Shown here in pieces: positions 50,301 to 64,000 of a stretch of DNA of 64,000 bases. Origin of the DNA: Callorhinchus milii (lineage: Eukaryota). Below the pieces are notes generated by a model. The model had not been told where the DNA came from, searched no databases, and saw only the letters and a program-made list of their open reading frames with translations. Numbering within the stretch: the stretch's first letter is position 1; every line of letters begins with the position of its first letter. A program made the translations under genes and the position numbers. The DNA is taken from NCBI RefSeq assembly GCF_018977255.1, contig NW_024704742.1, positions 39,062,001 through 39,126,000 on the forward strand, written 5' to 3'.

Positions 50301-53300
50301 CAAGCTGAATGAAGGTTCGGTCAGGTAAACATTGCCCAAACCAGTAGCACTTAGCAGAAAAATACACAGGAAAATGCTACTGTTTGGGGGATATGTGCCT
50401 TTACTTTCCAACTCCTGGATGGAATCCAATGTGTTCCCCTTCAACAAACCAGCACAGGAGAAAAGGCGTTTCAGTCAGGCAAATGTCATCCAAACTAGAT
50501 AGCAATCCTGCAGAGATGAGGAGGAATGAAGAGCTGACTTACTTCACCATCTTCTCGTCTTCGTCTCAGTTTCACAATGTGATTTCTCCAAATGCCCAGA
50601 CTTCATCTTTTATATTTCTTCAGCTGAATATCTCTTCATCCTTTTCAATTCATTTTGGATAGGGTGATGTTGTTGCCCTTGGTTGACTTCAATATAGTTG
50701 ACCAGTTATAAGTTATGATGTCTTTTGTTTCGGTGATAATGACTCCCTTTGTTACCTGGGGTTCAGGTGACCTTTCTAATATGTTCACTTTCGAGTAAGA
50801 ACTAAATATGCCTTTGTGTCTCCAATCTACAACAGTTCCGTGGGCTCCTCCAACAAAGGATGACTTTGGGAAGGAAGGGTCAGGTAAATGTCGCCCAAAC
50901 AAGGTAGCACTTATTAAAAAACACATAGAAAATGCTGCTATTCAGGTGACATTTGCCTTTAATCTACGGCAGATGGCCGGAACCAGACATGGCCATCTAC
51001 AAGAAACTAAATGAAGTTTCGATCGGGTAGACGTTGCCCAAACAATTAGCACTTAGCAGAAACATTCACTTAAAATTGCTACTGTTCTGTTGATATGTGC
51101 CTTTAGTGTTCAGAACCTTGATGTTCTCCATCAAATCATCAGAGACGGAATCTAGATTTGTTCAGGTAAATGTTGCCCAACAAGGTAGCACTTACCAAAA
51201 AAGACATAGAAAATGCTACTGTTGAGGTGACATGTGCGTTGAATCGACGGCAGTTCCCCGGAACCAGACATGGCCTCCTACAAGAACACTGAATGCAGGT
51301 TCGGTCAGGAAAAGGTTGCCCAAACAGTTAGCACTTACCAGAAAACAAACATAAAATGCTGCTGTTTAGGTGACATGTCCCTTCAATCCACAGCAATTCC
51401 AAATCACCAGTCGTGGCCTCCTACAACAACCTGAATGAAGGTTCGTTTAGGTAAACATCGCCAAAACAAGTAGCACTTACCAGAAAATTACTCAGCAAAA
51501 TGCTACTGTTTGGGTGATATGTCCATTTACTGCACAATACCTTGATGGCATAAGTCGATAGTATTCTCCCCAATCTTTCACAGTAGGAAAGAAGTTTCGG
51601 TCAGGTAAATGTCGCCAAAACAGGGTAGCACTTAATAGAAAACACATAGAAAATGCTCCTGCTGAGGTGACATGTGCTTTAGTGTTCAAAACCTTGATGT
51701 GCTCCACCAAATCATCAGAGACGGAAACTAGATTTGTTCAGGTAAATGTCGCCCAAACAAGGTAGCACTTACCAAAAAACACATAGAAAATGCTACTGTT
51801 TAGGTCACATGTGCCACTAATCTACGGCAGTTTCCTGAAACCAGACATGGCCTCCTGCAACAAGCTGAATGAAGGTTCGGTCAGGTAAACATTGCCCAAA
51901 CCAGTAGCACTTAGCAGAAAAATACACAGGAAAATGCTACTGTTTGGGTGATGTGTGCCTTCAGTGTTCAAAACCTTGATGTCCTCCATCAAATCATCAG
52001 AGACGGAATCTAGATTTATTCAGGTAAATGTCGCCCAAACAAGGTAGCACTTACCAAAAAACACATAGAAAATGCTCCTGTTCAGGTGACATTTGCCTTT
52101 AATCTGCAGCAGTTCGCCGGAAGCAGACATGGCCTCCTGCAACAAATTAACTGAAGGTTTGGTCAGGAAAACGTTGCCCAAACAGTTAGCACTTACCAGA
52201 AAACAAACAGAAAATGCTGCTGTTTAGGTGACATGTCCCTTCAATCTACAGCAATTCCAAATCACCAGTCGTGGCCTCCAACAACAAACTGAACGGAGGT
52301 TCCTTCAGGTAAACATCGCCAAAACAAGTAGCACTTACCAGAAAATTACTCAGCAAAATGCTACTGTTTGGGTGATATGTCCATTTACTGCACAATACCT
52401 TGATGGCATAAGTCGAGGTATTCTCCCCCAATCTTTCACAGTAGGAAAGAAGTTTCGGTCAGGTAAGCATCGCCAAAACAAGTAGCACTTACCAGAAAAT
52501 TACTCAGCAAAATGCTACTGTTTGGGTGATATGTGCCTTTACTTTCCAACTCCTGGATGGAATCCAATGTGTTCCCCTTCAACAAACCAGCACAGGAGAA
52601 GAGGCGTTTCAGTCAGGCAAATGTCATCCAAACTAGATAGCAATCCTGCAGAGATGAGGAGGAATGAAGAGCTGACTTACTTCACCATCTTCTCGTCTTC
52701 GTCTCAGTTTTACAATGTGATTTCTCCAAATGCCCAGACTTCATCTTTTATATATCTTCAGCTGAATATCTCTTCATCCTTTTCAATTCATTTTGGATAG
52801 GGTGATGTTGTTGCCCTTGGTTGACTTCAATATAGTTGACCAGTTATAAGTTATGATGTCTTTTGTTTGGGTGATAATGACTCCCTTTGTTACCTGGGGT
52901 TCAGGTGACCTTTCTAATATGTTCACTTTCGAGTAAGAACTAAATATGCCTTTGTGTCTCCAATCTACAACAGTTCCGTGGGCTCCTCCAACAAAGGATG
53001 ACTTTGGGAAGGAAGGGTCAGGTAAATGTCGCCCAAACAAGGTAGCACTTATTAAAAAACACATAGAAAATGCTGTTATTCAGGTGACATTTGCCTTTAA
53101 TCTATAGCAGATGGCCGGAACCAGACATGGCCATCTACAAGAAACTAAATGAAGATTCGATCGGGTAGACGTTGCCCAAACAATTAGCACTTAGCAGAAA
53201 CATGCACATGAAAATGCTACTGTTCGGGTGATATGTGCCTTTAGTGTTCAAAACCTTGATGTCCTCCATCAAATCATCAGAGACGGAATCCAGATTTGGT

Positions 53301-56300
53301 CAGATAAATGTTGCCCAAACAAGGTAGTACTTACCAAAAACGACATAGAAAATGCTGCTGTTTAGGTGACATGTCCCTTCAATCTACAGCAATTCCAAAT
53401 CACCAGTCGTGGCCTCCTACAACAAACTGAACGGAGGTTCCTTCAGGTAAACATCGCCAAAACAAGTAGCACTTACCAGAAAATTACTCAGCAAAATGCT
53501 ACTGTTTGGGTGATATGTCCATTTACTGCACAATACCTTGATGGCATAAGTCGAGGTATTCTCCCCCAATCTTTCACAGTAGGAAAGAAGTTTCGGTCAG
53601 GTAAATGTCGCCAAAACAAGGTAGCACTTACCAAAAAAGACATAGAAAATGCTACTGTTGAGGTGACATGTTCCTTTAATCTACGGCAGTTCCCCGGAAC
53701 CTGACATGGCTTCCTACAACCACACTGAAGGAAGGTTCGGTCAGGAAAACGTTGCCCAAACAGGTAGCACTTATCTGAAAAATACACAGGAAAATGCTAC
53801 TGTTTGGGTTACATGTGCCTCTGCTGTCCTATACCCGGATGGAATCAAATGTGGTCTCCTTCACCTTACCGTCACAGTTGGAAAGAAGGTTCGGTCAGGT
53901 AAATGTCGCCCAAACAAGGTAGCACTTACCAAAAAACACATAATAGAAAATGCTCCTGTTCAGGTGACATTTGCCTTTAATCTACAGCAGTTCGCCGGAA
54001 GCAGACATGGCCTCCTGCAACAAATTAACTGAAGGTTTGGTCAGGAAAACGTTGCCCAAACAAGGTAGCACTTACCAAAAACGACATAGAAAATGCTGCT
54101 GTTTAGGTGACATGTCCCTTCAATCTACAGCAATTCCAAATCACCAGTCGTGGCCTCCTACAACAAACTGAACGGAGGTTCCTTCAGGTAAACATCGCCA
54201 AAACAAGTAGCACTTACCAGAAAATTACTCAGCAAAATGCTACTGTTTGGGTGATATGTCCATTTACTGCACAATACCTTGATGGCATAAGTCGAGGTAT
54301 TCTCCTCCAATCTTTCACAGTAGGAAAGAAGTTTCGGTCTGGTAAATGTCGCCAAAACAGGGTAGCACTTACTAAAAAACACATAGAAAATGCTCCTGCT
54401 GAGGTGACATGTGCTTTAGTGTTCAAAACCTTGATGTCCTCCACCAAATCATCAGAGACGGAATCTAGATTTGTTCAGGTAAATGTCGCCCAAACAAGGA
54501 AGCACTTACCAAAAAACACATAGAAAATGGTACTGTTTATGTCACATGTGCCACTAATCTACGGCAGTTCCCTGAAACCAGACATGGCCTCCTGCAACAA
54601 GCTGAATGAAGGTTCGGTCAGGTAAACATTGCCCAAACCAGTAGCACTTAGCAGAAAAATACACAGGAAAATGTTACTGTTTGGGGGATATGTGCCTTTA
54701 CTTTCCAACTCCTGGATGGAATCCAATGTGTTCCCCTTCAACAAACCAGCACAGGAGAAAAGGCGTTTCAGTCAGGCAAATGTCATCCAAACTAGATAGC
54801 AATCCTGCAGAGATGAGGAGGAATGAAGAGCTGACTTACTTCACCATCTTCTCGTCTTCGTCTCAGTTTCACAATGTGATTTCTCCAAATGCCCAGACTT
54901 CATCTTTTATATTTCTTCAGCTGAATATCTCTTCATCCTTTTCAATTCATTTTGGATAGGGTGATGTTGTTGCCCTTGGTTGACTTCAATATAGTTGACC
55001 AGTTATAAGTTATGATGTCTTTTGTTTCGGTGATAATGACTCCCTTTGTTACCTGGGGTTCAGGTGACCTTTCTAATATGTTCACTTTCGAGTAAGAACT
55101 AAATATGCCTTTGTGTCTCCAATCTACAACAGTTCCGTGGGCTCCTCCAACAAAGGATGACTTTGGGAAGGAAGGGTCAGGTAAATGTCGCCCAAACAAG
55201 GTAGCACTTATTAAAAAACACATAGAAAATGCTGCTATTCAGGTGACATTTGCCTTTAATCTACGGCAGATGGCCGGAACCAGACATGGCCATCTACAAG
55301 AAACTAAATGAAGTTTCGATCGGGTAGACGTTGCCCAAACAATTAGCACTTAGCAGAAACATTCACTTAAAATTGCTACTGTTCTGTTGATATGTGCCTT
55401 TAGTGTTCAGAACCTTGATGTTCTCCATCAAATCATCAGAGACGGAATCTAGATTTGTTCAGGTAAATGTTGCCCCAACAAGGTAGCACTTACCAAAAAA
55501 GACATAGAAAATGCTACTGTTGAGGTGACATGTGCGTTGAATCGACGGCAGTTCCCCGGAACCAGACATGGCCTCCTACAAGAACACTGAATGCAGGTTC
55601 GGTCAGGAAAAGGTTGCCCAAACAGTTAGCACTTACCAGAAAACAAACATAAAATGCTGCTGTTTAGGTGACATGTCCCTTCAATCTACAGCAATTCCAA
55701 ATCACCAGTCGTGGCCTCCTACAACAACCTGAATGAAGGTTCGTTTAGGTAAACATCGCCAAAACAAGTAGCACTTACCAGAAAATTACTCAGCAAAATG
55801 CTACTGTTTGGGTGATATGTCCATTTACTGCACAATACCTTGATGGCATAAGTCGATAGTATTCTCCCCCAATCTTTCACAGTAGGAAAGAAGTTTCGGT
55901 CAGGTAAATGTCGCCAAAACAGGGTAGCACTTAATAGAAAACACATAGAAAATGCTCCTGCTGAGGTGACATGTGCTTTAGTGTTCAAAACCTTGATGTG
56001 CTCCACCAAATCATCAGAGACGGAAACTAGATTTGTTCAGGTAAATGTCGCCCAAACAAGGTAGCACTTACCAAAAAACACATAGAAAATGCTACTGTTT
56101 AGGTCACATGTGCCACTAATCTACGGCAGTTTCCTGAAACCAGACATGGCCTCCTGCAACAAGCTGAATGAAGGTTCGGTCAGGTAAACATTGCCCAAAC
56201 CAGTAGCACTTAGCAGAAAAATACACAGGAAAATGCTACTGTTTGGGTGATGTGTGCCTTCAGTGTTCAAAACCTTGATGTCCTCCATCAAATCATCAGA

Positions 56301-59300
56301 GACGGAATCTAGATTTATTCAGGTAAATGTCGCCCAAACAAGGTAGCACTTACCAAAAAACACATAGAAAATGCTCCTGTTCAGGTGACATTTGCCTTTA
56401 ATCTGCAGCAGTTCGCCGGAAGCAGACATGGCCTCCTGCAACAAATTAACTGAAGGTTTGGTCAGGAAAACGTTGCCCAAACAGTTAGCACTTACCAGAA
56501 AACAAACAGAAAATGCTGCTGTTTAGGTGACATGTCCCTTCAATCTACAGCAATTCCAAATCACCAGTCGTGGCCTCCAACAACAAACTGAACGGAGGTT
56601 CCTTCAGGTAAACATCGCCAAAACAAGTAGCACTTACCAGAAAATTACTCAGCAAAATGCTACTGTTTGGGTGATATGTCCATTTACTGCACAATACCTT
56701 GATGGCATAAGTCGAGGTATTCTCCCCCAATCTTTCACAGTAGGAAAGAAGTTTCGGTCAGGTAAGCATCGCCAAAACAAGTAGCACTTACCAGAAAATT
56801 ACTCAGCAAAATGCTACTGTTTGGGTGATATGTGCCTTTACTTTCCAACTCCTGGATGGAATCCAATGTGTTCCCCTTCAACAAACCAGCACAGGAGAAG
56901 AGGCGTTTCAGTCAGGCAAATGTCATCCAAACTAGATAGCAATCCTGCAGAGATGAGGAGGAATGAAGAGCTGACTTACTTCACCATCTTCTCGTCTTCG
57001 TCTCAGTTTTACAATGTGATTTCTCCAAATGCCCAGACTTCATCTTTTATATATCTTCAGCTGAATATCTCTTCATCCTTTTCAATTCATTTTGGATAGG
57101 GTGATGTTGTTGCCCTTGGTTGACTTCAATATAGTTGACCAGTTATAAGTTATGATGTCTTTTGTTTGGGTGATAATGACTCCCTTTGTTACCTGGGGTT
57201 CAGGTGACCTTTCTAATATGTTCACTTTCGAGTAAGAACTAAATATGCCTTTGTGTCTCCAATCTACAACAGTTCCGTGGGCTCCTCCAACAAAGGATGA
57301 CTTTGGGAAGGAAGGGTCAGGTAAATGTCGCCCAAACAAGGTAGCACTTATTAAAAAACACATAGAAAATGCTGTTATTCAGGTGACATTTGCCTTTAAT
57401 CTATAGCAGATGGCCGGAACCAGACATGGCCATCTACAAGAAACTAAATGAAGATTCGATCGGGTAGACGTTGCCCAAACAATTAGCACTTAGCAGAAAC
57501 ATGCACATGAAAATGCTACTGTTCGGGTGATATGTGCCTTTAGTGTTCAAAACCTTGATGTCCTCCATCAAATCATCAGAGACGGAATCCAGATTTGGTC
57601 AGATAAATGTTGCCCAAACAAGGTAGTACTTACCAAAAACGACATAGAAAATGCTGCTGTTTAGGTGACATGTCCCTTCAATCTACAGCAATTCCAAATC
57701 ACCAGTCGTGGCCTCCTACAACAAACTGAACGGAGGTTCCTTCAGGTAAACATCGCCAAAACAAGTAGCACTTACCAGAAAATTACTCAGCAAAATGCTA
57801 CTGTTTGGGTGATATGTCCATTTACTGCACAATACCTTGATGGCATAAGTCGAGGTATTCTCCCCCAATCTTTCACAGTAGGAAAGAAGTTTCGGTCAGG
57901 TAAATGTCGCCAAAACAAGGTAGCACTTACCAAAAAAGACATAGAAAATGCTACTGTTGAGGTGACATGTTCCTTTAATCTACGGCAGTTCCCCGGAACC
58001 TGACATGGCTTCCTACAACCACACTGAAGGAAGGTTCGGTCAGGAAAACGTTGCCCAAACAGGTAGCACTTATCTGAAAAATACACAGGAAAATGCTACT
58101 GTTTGGGTTACATGTGCCTCTGCTGTCCTATACCCGGATGGAATCAAATGTGGTCTCCTTCACCTTACCGTCACAGTTGGAAAGAAGGTTCGGTCAGGTA
58201 AATGTCGCCCAAACAAGGTAGCACTTACCAAAAAACACATAATAGAAAATGCTCCTGTTCAGGTGACATTTGCCTTTAATCTACAGCAGTTCGCCGGAAG
58301 CAGACATGGCCTCCTGCAACAAATTAACTGAAGGTTTGGTCAGGAAAACGTTGCCCAAACAAGTAGCACTTACCAAAAACGACATAGAAAATGCTGCTGT
58401 TTAGGTGACATGTCCCTTCAATCTACAGCAATTCCAAATCACCAGTCGTGGCCTCCTACAACAAACTGAACGGAGGTTCCTTCAGGTAAACATCGCCAAA
58501 ACAAGTAGCACTTACCAGAAAATTACTCAGCAAAATGCTACTGTTTGGGTGATATGTCCATTTACTGCACAATACCTTGATGGCATAAGTCGAGGTATTC
58601 TCCTCCAATCTTTCACAGTAGGAAAGAAGTTTCGGTCTGGTAAATGTCGCCAAAACAGGGTAGCACTTACTAAAAAACACATAGAAAATGCTCCTGCTGA
58701 GGTGACATGTGCTTTAGTGTTCAAAACCTTGATGTCCTCCACCAAATCATCAGAGACGGAATCTAGATTTGTTCAGGTAAATGTCGCCCAAACAAGGAAG
58801 CACTTACCAAAAAACACATAGAAAATGGTACTGTTTATGTCACATGTGCCACTAATCTACGGCAGTTCCCTGAAACCAGACATGGCCTCCTGCAACAAGC
58901 TGAATGAAGGTTCGGTCAGGTAAACATTGCCCAAACCAGTAGCACTTAGCAGAAAAATACACAGGAAAATGTTACTGTTTGGGGATATGTGCCTTTACTT
59001 TCCAACTCCTGGATGGAATCCAATGTGTTCCCCTTCAACAAACCAGCACAGGAGAAAAGGCGTTTCAGTCAGGCAAATGTCATCCAAACTAGATAGCAAT
59101 CCTGCAGAGATGAGGAGGAATGAAGAGCTGACTTACTTCACCATCTTCTCGTCTTCGTCTCAGTTTCACAATGTGATTTCTCCAAATGCCCAGACTTCAT
59201 CTTTTATATTTCTTCAGCTGAATATCTCTTCATCCTTTTCAATTCATTTTGGATAGGGTGATGTTGTTGCCCTTGGTTGACTTCAATATAGTTGACCAGT

Positions 59301-62300
59301 TATAAGTTATGATGTCTTTTGTTTCGGTGATAATGACTCCCTTTGTTACCTGGGGTTCAGGTGACCTTTCTAATATGTTCACTTTCGAGTAAGAACTAAA
59401 TATGCCTTTGTGTCTCCAATCTACAACAGTTCCGTGGGCTCCTCCAACAAAGGATGACTTTGGGAAGGAAGGGTCAGGTAAATGTCGCCCAAACAAGGTA
59501 GCACTTATTAAAAAACACATAGAAAATGCTGCTATTCAGGTGACATTTGCCTTTAATCTACGGCAGATGGCCGGAACCAGACATGGCCATCTACAAGAAA
59601 CTAAATGAAGTTTCGATCGGGTAGACGTTGCCCAAACAATTAGCACTTAGCAGAAACATTCACTTAAAATTGCTACTGTTCTGTTGATATGTGCCTTTAG
59701 TGTTCAGAACCTTGATGTTCTCCATCAAATCATCAGAGACGGAATCTAGATTTGTTCAGGTAAATGTTGCCCCAACAAGGTAGCACTTACCAAAAAGACA
59801 TAGAAAATGCTACTGTTGAGGTGACATGTGCGTTGAATCGACGGCAGTTCCCCGGAACCAGACATGGCCTCCTACAAGAACACTGAATGCAGGTTCGGTC
59901 AGGAAAAGGTTGCCCAAACAGTTAGCACTTACCAGAAAACAAACATAAAATGCTGCTGTTTAGGTGACATGTCCCTTCAATCTACAGCAATTCCAAATCA
60001 CCAGTCGTGGCCTCCTACAACAACCTGAATGAAGGTTCGTTTAGGTAAACATCGCCAAAACAAGTAGCACTTACCAGAAAATTACTCAGCAAAATGCTAC
60101 TGTTTGGGTGATATGTCCATTTACTGCACAATACCTTGATGGCATAAGTCGATAGTATTCTCCCCCAATCTTTCACAGTAGGAAAGAAGTTTCGGTCAGG
60201 TAAATGTCGCCAAAACAGGGTAGCACTTAATAGAAAACACATAGAAAATGCTCCTGCTGAGGTGACATGTGCTTTAGTGTTCAAAACCTTGATGTGCTCC
60301 ACCAAATCATCAGAGACGGAAACTAGATTTGTTCAGGTAAATGTCGCCCAAACAAGGTAGCACTTACCAAAAAACACATAGAAAATGCTACTGTTTAGGT
60401 CACATGTGCCACTAATCTACGGCAGTTTCCTGAAACCAGACATGGCCTCCTGCAACAAGCTGAATGAAGGTTCGGTCAGGTAAACATTGCCCAAACCAGT
60501 AGCACTTAGCAGAAAAATACACAGGAAAATGCTACTGTTTGGGTGATGTGTGCCTTCAGTGTTCAAAACCTTGATGTCCTCCACCAAATCATCAGAGACG
60601 GAATCTAGATTTGTTCAGGTAAATGTCGCCCAAACAAGGTAGCACTTACCAAAAAACACATAGAAAATGCTCCTGTTCAGGTGACATTTGCCTTTAATCT
60701 GCAGCAGTTCGCCGGAAGCAGACATGGCCTCCTGCAACAAATTAACTGAAGGTTTGGTCAGGAAAACGTTGCCCAAACAGTTAGCACTTACCAGAAAACA
60801 AACAGAAAATGCTGCTGTTTAGGTGACATGTCCCTTCAATCTACAGCAATTCCAAATCACCAGTCGTGGCCTCCTACAACAAACTGAACGGAGGTTCCTT
60901 CAGGTAAACATCGCCAAAACAAGTAGCACTTACCAGAAAATTACTCAGCAAAATGCTACTGTTTGGGTGATATGTCCATTTACTGCACAATACCTTGATG
61001 GCATAAGTCGAGGTATTCTCCCCAATCTTTCACAGTAGGAAAGAAGTTTCGGTCAGGTAAATGTCGCCAAAACAAGGTAGCACTTATTAAAAAACACATA
61101 GAAAATGCTCCTGCTGAGGTGACATGTGCTTTAGTGTTCAAAACCTTGATGTGCTCCACCAAATCATCAGAGACGGAAACTAGATTTGTTCAGGTAAATG
61201 TCGCCCAAACAAGGTAGCACTTACCAAAAAACACATAGAAAATGCTACTGTTTAGGTCACATGTGCCACTAATCTACGGCAGTTTCCTGAAACCAGACAT
61301 GGCCTCCTGCAACAAGCTGAATGAAGGTTCGGTCAGGTAAACATTGCCCAAACCAGTAGCACTTAGCAGAAAAATACACAGGAAAATGCTACTGTTTGGG
61401 TGATGTGTGCCTTCAGTGTTCAAAACCTTGATGTCCTCCATCAAATCATCAGAGACGGAATCTAGATTTGTTCAGGTAAATGTCGCCCAAACAAGGTAGC
61501 ACTTACCAAAAAACACATAGAAAATGCTCCTGTTCAGTGACATTTGCCTTTAATCTGCAGCAGTTCGCCGGAAGCAGACATGGCCTCCTGCAACAAATTA
61601 ACTGAAGGTTTGGTCAGGAAAACGTTGCCCAAACAGTTAGCACTTACCAGAAAACAAACAGAAAATGCTGCTGTTTAGGTGACATGTCCCTTCAATCTAC
61701 AGCAATTCCAAATCACCAGTCGTGGCCTCCTACAACAAACTGAACGGAGGTTCCTTCAGGTAAACATCGCCAAAACAAGTAGCACTTACCAGAAAATTAC
61801 TCAGCAAAATGCTACTGTTTGGGTGATATGTCCATTTACTGCACAATACCTTGATGGCATAAGTCGAGGTATTCTCCCCCAATCTTTCACAGTAGGAAAG
61901 AAGTTTCGGTCAGGTAAATGTCGCCAAAACAGGGTAGCACTTATTAAAAAACACATAGAAAATGCTCCTGCTGAGGTGACATGTGCTTTAGTGTTCAAAA
62001 CCTTGATGTCCTCCACCAAATCATCAGAGACGGAATCTAGATTTGTTCAGGTAAATGTCGCCCAAACAAGGTAGCACTTACCAAAAAACACATAGAAAAT
62101 GCTACTGTTTAGGTCACATGTGCCACTAATCTACGGCAGTTCCCTGAAACCAGACATGGCCTCCTGCAACAAGCTGACTGAAGGTTCGGTCAGGTAAACA
62201 TTGCCCAAACCAGTAGCACTTAGCAGAAAAATACACAGGAAAATGCTACTGTTTGGGTGATATGTGCCTTTACTTTCCAACTCCTGGATGGAATCCAATG

Positions 62301-64000
62301 TGTTCCCCTTCAACAAACCAGCACAGGAGAAAAGGCGTTTCAGTCAGGCAAATGTCATCCAAACTAGATAGCAATCCTGCAGAGATGAGGAGGAATGAAG
62401 AGCTGACTTACTTCACCATCTTCTCGTCTTCGTCTCAGTTTCACAATGTGATTTCTCCAAATGCCCAGACTTCATCTTTTATATTTCTTCAGCTGAATAT
62501 CTCTTCATCCTTTTCAATTCATTTTGGATAGGGTGATGTTGTTGCCCTTGGTTGACTTCAATATAGTTGACCAGTTATAAGTTATGATGTCTTTTGTTTG
62601 GGTGATAATGACTCCCTTTGTTACCTGGGGTTCAGGTGACCTTTCTAATATGTTCACTTTCGAGTAAGAACTAAATATGCCTTTGTGTCTCCAATCTACA
62701 ACAGTTCCGTGGGCTCCTCCAACAAAGGATGACTTTGGGAAGGAAGGGTCAGGTAAATGTCGCCCAAACAAGGTAGCACTTATTAAAAAACACATAGAAA
62801 ATGCTGCTATTCAGGTGACATTTGCCTTTAATCTACGGCAGATGGCCGGAACCAGACATGGCCATCTACAAGAAACTAAATGAAGATTCGATCGGGTAGA
62901 CGTTGCCCAAACAATTAGCACTTAGCAGAAACATGCACATGAAAATGCTACTGTTCGGGTGATATGTGCCTTTAGTGTTCAAAACCTTGATGTCCTCCAT
63001 CAAATCATCAGAGACGGAATCCAGATTTGGTCAGGTAAATGTTGCCCAAACAAGGTAGCACTTACCAAAAACGACATAGAAAATGCTGCTGTTTAGGTGA
63101 CATGTCCCTTCAATCTACAGCAATTCCAAATCACCAGTCGTGGCCTCCTACAACAAACTGAACGGAGGTTCCTTCAGGTAAACATCGCCAAAACAAGTAG
63201 CACTTACCAGAAAATTACTCAGCAAAATGCTACTGTTTGGGTGATATGTCCATTTACTGCACAATACCTTGATGGCATAAGTCGAGGTATTCTCCCCCAA
63301 TCTTTCACAGTAGGAAAGAAGTTTCGGTCAGGTAAATGTCGCCAAAACAAGGTAGCACTTACCAAAAAACACATAATAGAAAATGCTCCTGTTCAGGTGA
63401 CATTTGCCTTTAATCTACAGCAGTTCGCCGGAAGCAGACATGGCCTCCTGCAACAAATTAACTGAAGGTTTGGTCAGGAAAACGTTGCCCAAACAAGGTA
63501 GCACTTACCAAAAACGACATAGAAAATGCTGCTGTTTAGGTGACATGTCCCTTCAATCTACAGCAATTCCAAATCACCAGTCGTGGCCTCCTACAACAAA
63601 CTGAATGGAGGTTCCTTCAGGTAAACATCGCCAAAACAAGTAGCACTTACCAGAAAATTACTCAGCAAAATGCTACTGTTTGGGTGATATGTCCATTTAC
63701 TGCACAATACCTTGATGGCATAAGTCGAGGTATCCTCCCCCAATCTTTCACAGTAGGAAAGAAGTTTCGGTCAGGTAAAAGTCGCCAAAACAGGGTAGCA
63801 CTTACTAAAAAACACATAGAAAATGCTCCTGCTGAGGTGACATGTGCTTTAGTGTTCAAAACCTTGATGTCCTCCACCAAATCATCAGAGACGGAATCTA
63901 GATTTGTTCAGGTAAATGTCGCCCAAACAAGGAAGCACTTACCAAAAAACACATAGAAAATGGTACTGTTTATGTCACATGTGCCACTAATCTACGGCAG
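41352..64000 (+). repeat. Satellite array, ~139-154 bp monomers with higher-order structure, running off the window end
   Basis: Core caggtaaatgtcgcccaaacaaggtagcacttaccaaaaaacacatagaaaatgctactgttt recurs; measured spacings 139, 140, 142, 143, 146 and 154; identical ORFs recur at 4297-4299 bp. Confidence 0.97.
42089..42414 (-). mobile_element. Full-length tRNA-Ala-like SINE inserted in the satellite
   Basis: Minus strand GGAGTCCTGTAACTCAGTGGTTAGAGCACTCGC-TTTGCAA-GTGAG (TGC anticodon loop), B box GAGTTCAATTCC, (ATT)n tail. Confidence 0.9.

Noticed and set aside
43652..63956. Recurrent 60-138 aa ORFs in the array
   Set aside because: By-products of tandem repetition, with frameshifts between copies and no recognisable domain
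41352..64000. CRISPR-like constant/variable alternation
   Set aside because: The variable parts are homologous to each other and recur; units are ~150 bp; no cas genes; vertebrate context

Overview
Vertebrate genomic DNA. The repeat content (tRNA-Ala SINEs with L2-like tails, L2, CR1, Penelope-type palindrome) suggests a cartilaginous fish, possibly a chimaera; this is an inference. 1-29.5 kb holds the 3' end of a membrane collagen gene, col25a1, on the + strand. It has nine small phase-0 coding exons, including two paralogous exons ending GLDAPC(P/Q)L that are probably mutually exclusive, then a terminal exon starting directly with the stop codon and a long 3' UTR. Segment 24204-32252 recurs inverted at 33307-41351 across a 25-N gap, and 32253-33281 recurs directly at 41351-42375; the geometry looks most like an assembly/haplotype artefact. 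From ~32.2/41.35 kb to the window end lies a satellite array of ~139-154 bp monomers with a ~4.3 kb higher-order repeat and a captured ~310 bp non-satellite insert. Also present: a solo LTR nested in L2 with a SINE nested in it, a hAT-type non-autonomous element, and a palindrome with hammerhead-ribozyme-like cores. No prokaryotic system or CRISPR array is supported, and almost all listed ORFs are spurious.
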